A stretch of 64,000 bases of DNA from an uncultured Chloroflexia bacterium (GTDB lineage: Bacteria > Chloroflexota > Limnocylindria > Limnocylindrales > CSP1-4). Under the pieces are notes generated by a model that saw only the letters and a program-made list of their open reading frames with translations, was not told the DNA's origin and did no database searches. Location of the stretch: positions 140,566 to 204,565 of the forward strand of contig CAVQLA010000014.1 of NCBI GenBank assembly GCA_963713285.1, written 5' to 3'. Position 1 is the stretch's first letter, and each line of letters starts with the position of its first letter. Positions 8,930 through 17,850 of this stretch are shown one piece after another. The translations under genes were made by a program, and so were the position numbers.

Positions 8930-10950
8930 CGGTGGCCTCGCGACTGGTGCTGGTCGCCGCCGCCGAGGCGGCACCGCGCCCGGCGCCGGACGCGCGCGTC
9001 GTGGTCCTCGACACCGCCTGGACGCCGGGACCGGGCGACCGCGCGGACCTGGTCCCGCTGCGCCCGGCGGTGGCCGCCGCCCTGGAGCGGGAGGACCTGA
9101 TCGACCGGGCCATCGACCTCGTGGACGCCTGGGCCGCGCGCCTCGCCCTCGCCGAGCGGTCCACGTTCCGGGGCGTCAGCTGGTGGCCTCGCCGCGAGGC
9201 CTGGAAGTGGCTCGTCGGGAGCCTGCAGTGGCGCTCGATCCTCGACGAGGTGCTCCGCGACGCGGCGGCCATCGGCGTCGCGATCGACGAGCTGGTCGTG
9301 CCGCCCGGCGACGAGGCGCTCGCGCGCGCCGCCGCCGCCCTCGCCGCGGAGCATGGCCTGCAGGCGACCCGGGATGCCGGGGAGGGCCCGGCCGGGAGCG
9401 CCGCCGACGACCCGGGGGGCGACCCGCCCGGGGTCGCCGCTGCCGCCGCGTCCGGCCTGGGCGACCGGGTCCTCTGGCGCCTGGGCCGGCATCCGCGCCA
9501 GGTCCGCAAGCGCGAGCTCGACCGCCGCGCCGCGTTCCTGGCCGCCCGTGCCGAGCGCCTCGCGGCGGCGGGCGGGGGGCGCCTGCTCGTCATCACCGTG
9601 CCGCGGGTCCACCAGCGGATCGGCGGTGGCGACGCGCCGCTCGTCGACCCGTTCCTCGGCCCGGTGGTCGATCGCCTCCGGGGGACACGGCTCGACCCGA
9701 TCACGATCGCCCTCGGGCTCGACCGCGGCGACGACGCGGCATGGCCGGCGATCGAGGCCGACGAGCGGCTGCTCGCGGAGGCGTTCCTCCCGGCCCGCTG
9801 GTCCACCCTCGAGGACGACACGGCCGCGGCGGCGGCCGCGGCGGCGATCGGCCGAGCGCTCGACGAGGTGACGCCCGCCGACGCGGAAGGGGGAGACCTC
9901 GGCCATCTCGGCGCGGGCCTGCTCGAGGAGGTGCGCCGCGACGCCCGGACCCTCCTGGCCGCCCGGCTGCGGAAGGCGCTCCGGTTCGAGCGGTTCCTGC
10001 GCGAGCTCCGGCCGGCCGGGCTCCTCCTCTACAACGAGTACGGGCGGCTCGACTGGCTGGCGGGAGCGCGCTGGGCCGGGGTGCCGGTCGTCGCCGTCCA
10101 GCACGGCATCATCATCCCGGGCCACGTCGGCTACCGCCACGCCCGCCATCCCGGCCTCGTCCTCCCCGCCCGCACCTGCGTGTTCGGGCCGTACGAGGCG
10201 GGCGTCCTCCGCGACCACGGCGGCTACGCACCCGGGGAGGTCGTCGTCACCGGCTCGCCGCGGCCGGCGGCCGGGGTCGATGCGGCCTCGGCCGGGCCGC
10301 GGGCCGGCCTGCCGGCGGGCGCGCCCGCTCCGGCAGGCGTGCCCGCTGACGATGCCGGGCGGGCGCGCGAGCGCGACGACGTCCGGCGCGAGCTCGGCGT
10401 CGCCGACGGGGATCGCCTGCTCGTGATCTCCACGACCCGCGACCCGGACCTGCGACGGTTCCACCAGGACCATGCGTTCGCCCGCCTCCTGGACGGTCCG
10501 CTGCCCGGCGTGCACCTCGTCTTCAAGCAGCACCCCGCCGAGCCCGACCGCGGCGACTACGAGCGCCTGGTGGCGGGCCTGGCCCGCGCCGGCGGCTATC
10601 CGCCCCCGCCCGTCTCCGTCGTCCGCGACGTCGACCTCTACCGCCTCCTCCGGGCGGCCGACGCCCACCTCGGCCTCTACTCCACCGTCCTCACCGACGC
10701 CGTCGTGGCGGGAACCCCGAACCTCGTGGCGATCACCCAGGCCCGGGCCGACCTCCTCGGCTACGTCGCGGCAGGCGTCGCCGCGCCGGTTCGGACGCAC
10801 GCCGATCTGCGGGCCGCGCTGGAGGCGCCCCCGGTGCCCGATCCGGCCGCGCGCCGGGCGTTCCTCGACGACCACTTCCTGCCCGGCGATGGGACGGCCC
10901 GGATCGCCGACGCGGTGCTCGCCGTAACGGAGCTGGAGGTCCGCGGATGA
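8917..10950 (+). CDS. TagB/TagF- or KpsC/KpsS-like GT-B transferase with a K-x-HP motif; candidate CMP-keto-acid or polyol-phosphate transferase
   Basis: C-terminal half carries HLVFKQHPAEP and LGLYSTVLTDAVVAGTPNLVAI, which match the CDP-glycerol glycerophosphotransferase / capsule_synth pattern. GTG 8917 overlaps the dehydrogenase stop. Confidence 0.55.
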   Translation: MEHLTVASRLVLVAAAEAAPRPAPDARVVVLDTAWTPGPGDRADLVPLRPAVAAALEREDLIDRAIDLVDAWAARLALAERSTFRGVSWWPRREAWKWLVGSLQWRSILDEVLRDAAAIGVAIDELVVPPGDEALARAAAALAAEHGLQATRDAGEGPAGSAADDPGGDPPGVAAAAASGLGDRVLWRLGRHPRQVRKRELDRRAAFLAARAERLAAAGGGRLLVITVPRVHQRIGGGDAPLVDPFLGPVVDRLRGTRLDPITIALGLDRGDDAAWPAIEADERLLAEAFLPARWSTLEDDTAAAAAAAAIGRALDEVTPADAEGGDLGHLGAGLLEEVRRDARTLLAARLRKALRFERFLRELRPAGLLLYNEYGRLDWLAGARWAGVPVVAVQHGIIIPGHVGYRHARHPGLVLPARTCVFGPYEAGVLRDHGGYAPGEVVVTGSPRPAAGVDAASAGPRAGLPAGAPAPAGVPADDAGRARERDDVRRELGVADGDRLLVISTTRDPDLRRFHQDHAFARLLDGPLPGVHLVFKQHPAEPDRGDYERLVAGLARAGGYPPPPVSVVRDVDLYRLLRAADAHLGLYSTVLTDAVVAGTPNLVAITQARADLLGYVAAGVAAPVRTHADLRAALEAPPVPDPAARRAFLDDHFLPGDGTARIADAVLAVTELEVRG

Positions 10951-12710
10951 CCCTGCCGGTGCTCTTCCTGGTCCCGGCGCGCGGCGGCAGTGTCCGCGTC
11001 CCGGGGAAGAACCTGCGATCGGTGGCGGGCATCCCCCTCGTGGCGCACGGCGTGCGGATCGCGCGGGCGGCAGCGGCCCGAACCCCGGGCGGTCCCCACG
11101 CGGTGGCCTGCAGCACGGACGACCCCGCCATCGCGGCCGTCGCCCGCGCGTGGCATGCGGAGATCCCCTTCGAGCGCCCGGCCGCGCTCGCCGGGCCCGA
11201 CGCGTCGTCGGTCGACGTGGCCCTCCACGCCCTGGAGACCCTCGCGGCCCGCGGGCGCCGGTTCCGCGCCATCGTGCTCGTCCAGCCGACCTCACCCCTC
11301 GCCGATCCCGGCGATATCGCCGCGGCGGTCGCCGCGCTCGACGCCGACGGGGCGCCCGTCACGAGCGTCGTCGCCGCTCACCCGGTGGCCTGGCACGTCG
11401 CGCTCGACGCGGACCGGCGCCTGCGCCCGGTCGACGGAGATGCCCGCCACCTCCTGGCGGGGGCCTTCTACGCCATCACGCCCGGGGAGCTGGCGACGGC
11501 CCGGGCCTTCGTCGTTCCCGGCCGGACGCGCGGGCTGGAGGTGGCGGCCGCGACGGCGGTCGACATCGACACGGAGAACGACCTCGCCGTCGCCCGGGCG
11601 CTCGCGGCCTCGCGCCCCGTGCCGCCCGTCGCACTGGCGGGCCGCTCGATCGGGGATGGCCCCTGCTTCGTGATCGCCGAGGGCGGCGTCAACCACGACG
11701 GCGACCCGGCGCGCGCCCACCGGCTCGTCGACGCGGCGGCCGACGCGGCGGCCGACGCCGTGAAGTTCCAGGCGTTCGACCCGGCGCTCCTCGCCGCGGC
11801 CGGCGCCCCGCTGGCCGACTACCAGCGGGCGGCGGGCGAGACCGGGGCCGACCAGCGGGCGATGCTGGCCCGGCTCGCGCTTCCCGCCGGGGCGTGGCCC
11901 GGCCTCCGCGACCACGCCCACGACCGCGGCCTCGTCTTCCTGGCGAGCCCCTTCGACGAGCCGTCGGCGGACCTCCTGGAGGCGCTCGGGATCCCGGCGT
12001 TCAAGGTTGGCTCGGGCGAGCTCACGAACCTCCCGTTCCTCGAGCGGCTGGCGGGCGTCGGGCGGCCGCTCCTCGTCTCCACGGGGATGGCCACGCTGGT
12101 CGAGGTGGCCGATGCCCTCGACGCGATCGCGGGCAGCGGCGACCCGCCGGTGGCGCTTCTCCACTGCGTCTCCGCCTACCCGGCCGACCCGGCGGAGGCG
12201 AACCTCCGCGCGATCGCCACGTTGCGCGCCGCCTTCGGCCGCCCGTCCGGCTGGTCCGACCACACCCCAGGGATCGAGCTGCCCACGGCGGCGGCGGCCC
12301 TGGGCGCCGACCTCCTCGAGAAGCACCTGACGCTCGATCGGTCGCTGCCGGGTCCGGACCACCGGGCGTCGCTCGAGCCGGCCGAGATGACGGCCCTCGT
12401 CCGGGCCGTGCGCACCGTCGAGGTGGCCCGGGGCGACGGCGAGAAGGCGCCGTCCGCGGCGGAGCTGGCCGTGGCGGCGGTGGCCCGCAAGAGCCTCCAC
12501 TGGGCCCGGGCCCTCGCGGCCGGGGCCGCGGTCACGCCGGCCGACCTCGTCGCCCAGCGACCCGGGACGGGGCTGCCGCCCGGCGAGCGCGACCTCGTGA
12601 TCGGGCGCCGCACGAGGCGGCCCGTGCCGGCCGGCAGCCTCGTGACGCTCGCCGACGTCGAGGGCGACGTCGGGGCCGGCGTCGGGGCCGGCGGGGAGCC
12701 GCCCGCATGA
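10947..12710 (+). CDS. Bifunctional fusion: N-terminal CMP-nonulosonate cytidylyltransferase (NeuA/LegF-like) and C-terminal nonulosonate synthase (NeuB/LegI-like, PEP-dependent, with SAF domain)
   Basis: N-terminus LFLVPARGGSVRVPGKNL matches the CTP_transf_3 family. The C-terminal half has FVIAEGGVNHDGD...ADAVKFQAFD, FKVGSGELTNLPFLE and SDHTPGIELP (NeuB motifs), plus a SAF-like tail. ATGA overlap with the upstream gene. Confidence 0.85.
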   Translation: MTLPVLFLVPARGGSVRVPGKNLRSVAGIPLVAHGVRIARAAAARTPGGPHAVACSTDDPAIAAVARAWHAEIPFERPAALAGPDASSVDVALHALETLAARGRRFRAIVLVQPTSPLADPGDIAAAVAALDADGAPVTSVVAAHPVAWHVALDADRRLRPVDGDARHLLAGAFYAITPGELATARAFVVPGRTRGLEVAAATAVDIDTENDLAVARALAASRPVPPVALAGRSIGDGPCFVIAEGGVNHDGDPARAHRLVDAAADAAADAVKFQAFDPALLAAAGAPLADYQRAAGETGADQRAMLARLALPAGAWPGLRDHAHDRGLVFLASPFDEPSADLLEALGIPAFKVGSGELTNLPFLERLAGVGRPLLVSTGMATLVEVADALDAIAGSGDPPVALLHCVSAYPADPAEANLRAIATLRAAFGRPSGWSDHTPGIELPTAAAALGADLLEKHLTLDRSLPGPDHRASLEPAEMTALVRAVRTVEVARGDGEKAPSAAELAVAAVARKSLHWARALAAGAAVTPADLVAQRPGTGLPPGERDLVIGRRTRRPVPAGSLVTLADVEGDVGAGVGAGGEPPA

Positions 12711-13867
12711 CGCGCCGGGTCGCCGTTCTCACGACCGGCCGCCAGGACTGGGGCCTCCTGCGCTCCACGTGCGTGGCGCTCCGCGACGCGCACGGCGCCG
12801 AGGTCCTGGTGCTGGCCGGGGGGATGCACCTGAGCGGGCGCCACGGCAGGCCGATCGCGGCGGTGCGCGAGGACGGCTTCGAGCCGGCGGCGGAGATGCC
12901 CTGGCTGGGCGTCGACGCCGCCGCGGACCCCCCGGCCCACCGCCAGGCGGGCGCGGCGCTGGTGGCCGTGGGCGACGCGCTCGCCCGCCTGGACCCCGAT
13001 GCGCTCGTCGTCGCCGGGGATCGCCTCGAGACGGCCGCCGCCGCGCTGGCCGCGACCGTGGGACGCGTCCCCCTCGTCCATCTCCACGGCGGCGAGCAGA
13101 CGGGCGGCGCCTTCGACGACGCCCTGCGCCACGCGATCACGAAGCTGGCCCACCTCCACCTCGTCAGCCACGCCGAGCACGCCCGCCGCGTGATCGCCCT
13201 GGGCGAGGATCCCGCGACGGTGCACGTGATCGGACCCCCCGGGGTCGACGCCCTGGCGCGCCCGGACCTCCCCGGCCGAGCGGAGCTGGAGGCCGACCTC
13301 GGGATCGCCCTCGCGCCCCCGCTGGTCGTCGTCACCGTGCACCCGGCGACGCTCGACGCGGACCCCGCCGCGGTCGCTGCCCCGGTCGTGGCGGCGATGG
13401 GCGCCGTCGCGGCGACCTATGTCGTCACCCTGCCCAACAGCGATCCCGGCGGCGACGCGATCCGGGCTGCGCTCCTGGCGCACGCCGCCGGGCGCCCCGG
13501 CACGGTCGCCGTCGTCCCGGCGCTCGGCGAGCGTCGCTACTGGGGCCTCCTGCGCCTCGCCGACGCGATGCTCGGCAACAGCTCGAGCGCGATCGTCGAG
13601 GCGCCGGCGGTCGACCTCCCCGCGGTCGACGTCGGGGACCGCCAGGAGGGCCGCCGCCGGGAGGCCAACGTCATCCACGCCCTGTCCGACCCGGACGCCG
13701 TGGAGCGCGCCCTTCGCCGGGCGCTCGAGCCCGGGTACCGGGCGGCCGTCCGCGCTGCCCGCCCGCCCCTCGCCGACGGCCGGGCCGGCGAGCGTGCCGC
13801 CCGTATCATCGCGGCATGGCAGCCCTCCCGACCGCCGCGCAAGGCGCCCATCCCGGTGGACGGGTGA
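12707..13867 (+). CDS. Hydrolysing UDP/GDP-N-acetylglucosamine 2-epimerase (NeuC/LegG-like)
   Basis: MTRRVAVLTTGRQDWG...HLHGGEQTGGAFDDALRHAITKLAHLHL, the Epimerase_2 hydrolysing subtype. ATGA overlap with the upstream gene. Confidence 0.85.
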   Translation: MTRRVAVLTTGRQDWGLLRSTCVALRDAHGAEVLVLAGGMHLSGRHGRPIAAVREDGFEPAAEMPWLGVDAAADPPAHRQAGAALVAVGDALARLDPDALVVAGDRLETAAAALAATVGRVPLVHLHGGEQTGGAFDDALRHAITKLAHLHLVSHAEHARRVIALGEDPATVHVIGPPGVDALARPDLPGRAELEADLGIALAPPLVVVTVHPATLDADPAAVAAPVVAAMGAVAATYVVTLPNSDPGGDAIRAALLAHAAGRPGTVAVVPALGERRYWGLLRLADAMLGNSSSAIVEAPAVDLPAVDVGDRQEGRRREANVIHALSDPDAVERALRRALEPGYRAAVRAARPPLADGRAGERAARIIAAWQPSRPPRKAPIPVDG

Positions 13868-14529
13868 TGCCGCGGCGGCTGGTGGTCCTGGGCGGGGGCG
13901 AGCACGCCCGGGTCGTCGTCGACGCGGCGCGGTCCGCCGTCCCCGGCTGGGATGTCGTCGGGATCGTCGATCCGGGAGCCGCGGAGCGCACGCGGACGCT
14001 CCTCGCGGTCGAGCACCTGGGCGACGACGCGGCGTTCGCCGCCGCGCTGGACGGGATGCGGCCGGCCGAGCGACCGCACCTCGTGCTGGGGCTGGGCGCG
14101 ATGGGCGATCCCGCGGCGCGCCGTGCCCTGGTCGCCCGCTACGAGGGCCGCGCGCCGTGGGCCACGCTCGTCCACGGGGCCGCCTGGGTCGCCCCGTCGG
14201 CCACCCTCGGGCCGGGCGCCGTCATCCTCGCGGGTGCCGTGGTCAACGCGGGCGCCGACGTCGGCGACCACGCTGTCGTCAACAGCGGCGCGATCCTCGA
14301 GCACGACGCGGTCCTCGGCGCGTTCGCCCAGCTGGCGCCGGGCGCGGTCGTCGGCGGCGCCGCGGTCGTCGAGGCGGACGCCTACGTCGCGATCGGCGCG
14401 CTCGTGCGCGACCACGTGACCGTGGGCCGCGGCGCGGTGGTGGGAATGGGCGCGGCCGTCGTGGCCGACGTGCCGGAGGATGCGGTCGTCGTCGGCGTCC
14501 CGGCCCGGCGCCGAGAGGCGTCCCGGTGA
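13867..14529 (+). CDS. Hexapeptide-repeat sugar N/O-acetyltransferase (NeuD/LegH/PglD-like)
   Basis: N-terminal Rossmann-like LVVLGGGEHARVVVD, followed by left-handed beta-helix hexapeptide repeats (GAVVNAGADVGDHAVVNSGAILEHD...). ATG overlaps the NeuC stop. Confidence 0.8.
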   Translation: MPRRLVVLGGGEHARVVVDAARSAVPGWDVVGIVDPGAAERTRTLLAVEHLGDDAAFAAALDGMRPAERPHLVLGLGAMGDPAARRALVARYEGRAPWATLVHGAAWVAPSATLGPGAVILAGAVVNAGADVGDHAVVNSGAILEHDAVLGAFAQLAPGAVVGGAAVVEADAYVAIGALVRDHVTVGRGAVVGMGAAVVADVPEDAVVVGVPARRREASR

Positions 14530-15569
14530 GCGACCGGATCAGCCCGGCCCTCGTGCCCGTCGAGGGCTCACTCCGCGATGCCATGCGGGCGCTCGACGTG
14601 GGCGCCCTGCGCATCGCCCTCGTCGTCGACGGGGAGGGGCGGCTCGTCGGCGTGACCACCGACGGCGACGTCCGCCGCGCGCTCCTCTCCGGCGTCCGCC
14701 TCGACGATCCCCTCGGCCCGCACGTGACGCGCGCGTTCACGGCCGTCACGCCGCGCGACGGCCGGGCCGACGTGATCGACCTGATGCGGGCCCGGCACAT
14801 CGGGGCCGTCCCGGTCCTCGACGACGCCGGCCGGCCGGTGGCGCTCCACCTCCTGGACGAGGCCCTGGCCCCGGCGGAGCGCACGACCTGGGCGGTGGTG
14901 ATGGCCGGCGGCCGGGGCGTCCGCCTCCGTCCCCTCACCGAGAACGTCCCCAAGCCGATGCTGCGCGTCGCCGGGCGGCCGATCCTCGAGCGGATCGTCC
15001 TGCACCTCGTCGGTCACGGCATCACCCGGATCCACCTCGCCATCGGCTACCTCGGGGACAGGATCGAGGAGCACTTCGCGGACGGCAGCCGCTTCGGGGC
15101 CCGGATCTCGTACCTCCGCGAGGACGAGCCGCTGGGCACCGGCGGCGCCCTCGGCCTCCTGCCCGAGCTGCCCCGCGAGCCGCTCCTCGTGATGAACGGC
15201 GACCTCGTCACCCAGGCCGACCTGGGCGCCCTGCTCGACGTCCACGCCGCGCGGGGAGACGTCGCGACGATCGGCGTCCGGCGCTACGTCCACGCCGTCC
15301 CGTTCGGCTGCGTCGAGCGCGCCGGGGACCGCATCGTCGGGCTCGAGGAGAAGCCGACGCTCACGCGCGACGTGAACACCGGCATCTACGCCCTGGCGCC
15401 CGGGCTCGTCGCGCGGGTCGAGCGCGGGCGGCCGGTCGGGATGCCCGACCTCATCGGCGATGCCCTCGCGCGCGGCGAGCCCGTGGGCGCCTTCGAGATC
15501 GAGGACGACTGGATCGACGTCGGGCAGCGCGAGCAGCTCGACCGCGCCCGCGGAGGTGGCGACGCATGA
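14526..15569 (+). CDS. CBS-domain sugar-phosphate nucleotidyltransferase (PtmE-like, putative GlcN/GlcNAc-1-P guanylyltransferase)
   Basis: Tandem CBS pair (LRIALVVDGEGRLVGVTTDGDVRRAL...) followed by an NTP_transferase core WAVVMAGGRGVRLRPLTENVPKPML. GTG overlaps the upstream stop. Confidence 0.8.
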   Translation: MSDRISPALVPVEGSLRDAMRALDVGALRIALVVDGEGRLVGVTTDGDVRRALLSGVRLDDPLGPHVTRAFTAVTPRDGRADVIDLMRARHIGAVPVLDDAGRPVALHLLDEALAPAERTTWAVVMAGGRGVRLRPLTENVPKPMLRVAGRPILERIVLHLVGHGITRIHLAIGYLGDRIEEHFADGSRFGARISYLREDEPLGTGGALGLLPELPREPLLVMNGDLVTQADLGALLDVHAARGDVATIGVRRYVHAVPFGCVERAGDRIVGLEEKPTLTRDVNTGIYALAPGLVARVERGRPVGMPDLIGDALARGEPVGAFEIEDDWIDVGQREQLDRARGGGDA

Positions 15570-16559
15570 CCCTGCGCGACGTGCCCGTGCTCGTCACCGG
15601 CGCGGACGGCTTCATCGGCAGCCACCTCGTGGAGCGCCTTGTCGCGGAGGGCGCCCGCGTGCGGGCGTTCTGCCTCTACACGTCCCGCGGGAGCTGGGGC
15701 TGGCTCGACGAGGCCCCGCCGGACGTGCGCGCCGCGCTCGACGTGCGGCTCGGGGACGTCCGCGACGCCCGCTTCGTCGCCGAGGCGACGGACGGCGTCG
15801 AGGTGGTCTTCCACCTCGCGGCGCTCATCGCGATCCCGTACTCGTACACGGCGCCCGAATCGTTCGTCGACACGAACGTTCGCGGCACCCTCAACGTCCT
15901 CGAGGCGGCCCGAAGGACGGCGGTCCGGCGCGTGATCGTCACGAGCACCAGCGAGGTCTACGGCACGCCGGAGATCCTCCCGATCACCGAGGCCCACCCG
16001 CTCAACGCGCAGTCCCCGTACGCGGCGACCAAGGTGGCGGCCGACCAGCTGGCGCTTGCCTACCACCGCAGCTACGGGGTGCCGGCCGTCATCCTCCGGC
16101 CGTTCAACACGTACGGCCCGCGCCAGTCCGCGCGGGCCGTCCTGCCCACGATGCTCCGCCAGCTGCTCGCCGGCCGGACCCAGGTGCGCCTGGGCCGCCT
16201 GGATCCGCGCCGCGACCTCACGTACGTCGCCGACACCGTGGACGGGTTCGTCCGCGCGGCGACGGCGGCAGGGATCGACGGCGCGACGATCCAGCTCGGG
16301 ACGGGCGGCACCGAGTCGATCGCGGAGCTGTTCGCGCGTGCCTGCCGCCTGCTCGGCGTCGACGCGGTCGCGGTCGAGGATGCCGGGCGCCTGCGGCCCG
16401 ACGCCAGCGAGGTCCTGGCCCTGCAAGTCGGACCCGTCCCGGGCCCGGGAGCTGCTCGGCTGGACGGCGACGACCAGCCTGGACGCGGGCCTCCGGGAGA
16501 CCATCGCCTGGCTCCGCGCCCACCCCGAGCCCGGCGACGTCGACCGTGTCCAGCTCTGA
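15566..16559 (+). CDS. NAD-dependent sugar nucleotide 4,6-dehydratase/epimerase (LegB-like SDR), apparent +1 frameshift near nt 16430
   Basis: MTLRDVPVLVTGADGFIGSHLV..., YxxxK in PYAATKVAAD. The reading frame switches after EVLALQ to continue DPSRARELLGWTATTSLDAGLRETIAWLRAHPE and ends at 16559. ATGA overlap with the upstream gene, GGAGG RBS. Confidence 0.7.
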
Positions 16560-17703
16560 CGCTCGCCGGCGGATCCCGCTCGCGGAGCCGACGCTGGGGG
16601 GCAACGCCGAGCGCTACCTGCGCGAGTGCCTCGCCACGAACTTCGTCTCTTCGGTGGGGCCGTTCGTCGAGCGTTTCGAGCGCGAGTTCGCCGCCGCCGT
16701 CGGCAGCCGCCACGCCGTCGCGTGCTCCTCGGGCACGGCCGCCCTCCACCTGGCGATGCGGGTCCTCGACGTCGGGCCCGGCGACGAGGTCTTCGTCCCG
16801 ACCCTGACCTTCGTCGCCTCCGCCAACCCGATCCGCTACGAACGCGCGACCCCGGTCCTCGTCGACGTCGAGGAGGAGACCCTCAACCTGGACCCCGGCA
16901 TCGTCGCCGACGAGCTCGCCCGCCGGGCTCGCCTGGGCCTGCGGCAGCCCAGGGCGATCGAGGTCGTCCACCTCGTGGGCCACCCCGCGGACATCGTCCC
17001 GCTCCTCGATGCCGCCGCGCGCCACGGGGTGCCGGTCATCGAGGACGCCTCCGAGGCGCTCGGGGCGACGTACCGGGGCGGGAGCCTCGACGGGCGCTCC
17101 GTGGGCACGCTGGGGCGCGTCGGCTGTTTCAGCTTCAACGGCAACAAGATCATCACCACCGGCGGCGGGGGGATGGTGACGACCGACGACGAGGCCCTCG
17201 CCCGGCGCGCGCGCCACCTCTCGACGCAGGCCCGGCTTCCCGGCCGGGCGTACGACCACGACGAGGTCGGGTACAACTACCGGCTCACCAACCTCGCCGC
17301 GGCCCTCGGGGTGGCGCAGCTCGAGCTGCTCCCCGACCTCCTCGCCGCCCGGCGGGCCGTGGCCTCCCGCTACGACACGGCGCTCGCGGCGGCGCCCCTC
17401 CTGCGCCCCGCTCCGCGGGCGCCGTGGGCCGATCCCAGCTTCTGGCTCTACACCGCCCGGCTGGCGGCACCCGACGCCGCGGTGCGCGACCGGGTGCTGG
17501 ATGCCCTCGCGGCCCGCGCCATCGACGCCCGGCCGATCTGGACGCCGATCCACGCCCTGGCGCCGTACGCGGATGCGCCGCGCCTCGGCGGCGCGGTCGC
17601 CGAGCGGATCTTCGCCGCGGCGCTCAGCCTGCCCTCGTCCTCGTCGCTCGCCCCTGCCGACCAGGACCGCGTGGTGGAGGCGCTGCGCGTCGCGCTCGCC
17701 TGA
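16546..17703 (+). CDS. DegT/DnrJ/EryC1/StrS-family PLP-dependent sugar aminotransferase (LegC/PseC-like)
   Basis: IPLAEPTLGGNAERYLRECLATNFVSSVGPFVERFE..., with the PLP-lysine region FSFNGNKIITTGGGGMV. Confidence 0.85.
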   Translation: MSSSDARRRIPLAEPTLGGNAERYLRECLATNFVSSVGPFVERFEREFAAAVGSRHAVACSSGTAALHLAMRVLDVGPGDEVFVPTLTFVASANPIRYERATPVLVDVEEETLNLDPGIVADELARRARLGLRQPRAIEVVHLVGHPADIVPLLDAAARHGVPVIEDASEALGATYRGGSLDGRSVGTLGRVGCFSFNGNKIITTGGGGMVTTDDEALARRARHLSTQARLPGRAYDHDEVGYNYRLTNLAAALGVAQLELLPDLLAARRAVASRYDTALAAAPLLRPAPRAPWADPSFWLYTARLAAPDAAVRDRVLDALAARAIDARPIWTPIHALAPYADAPRLGGAVAERIFAAALSLPSSSSLAPADQDRVVEALRVALA

Positions 17704-17850
17704 GCCCGGCCCGCCCGCGTTGCCGCTTCTTCACCGGGACCACATCGCCCGGCCACCCGGCCACGCGCCCGGGGTGCGGTACGATGCGCCGGGCCCGCCA
17801 CCGTGGCGCCGCGCCCCGGAGCACCCGACCACCAACCGACAAGAGGCACC

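Noticed and set aside
11150-13867. 905-aa ORF (and similar long N-terminal extensions at 12769, 13419, 14480, 15460 and 16626)
   Set aside because: Only the C-terminal parts have protein-like sequence. The true starts are the GTG/ATG codons overlapping the upstream stop codons. The extensions are out-of-frame read-through of upstream genes.
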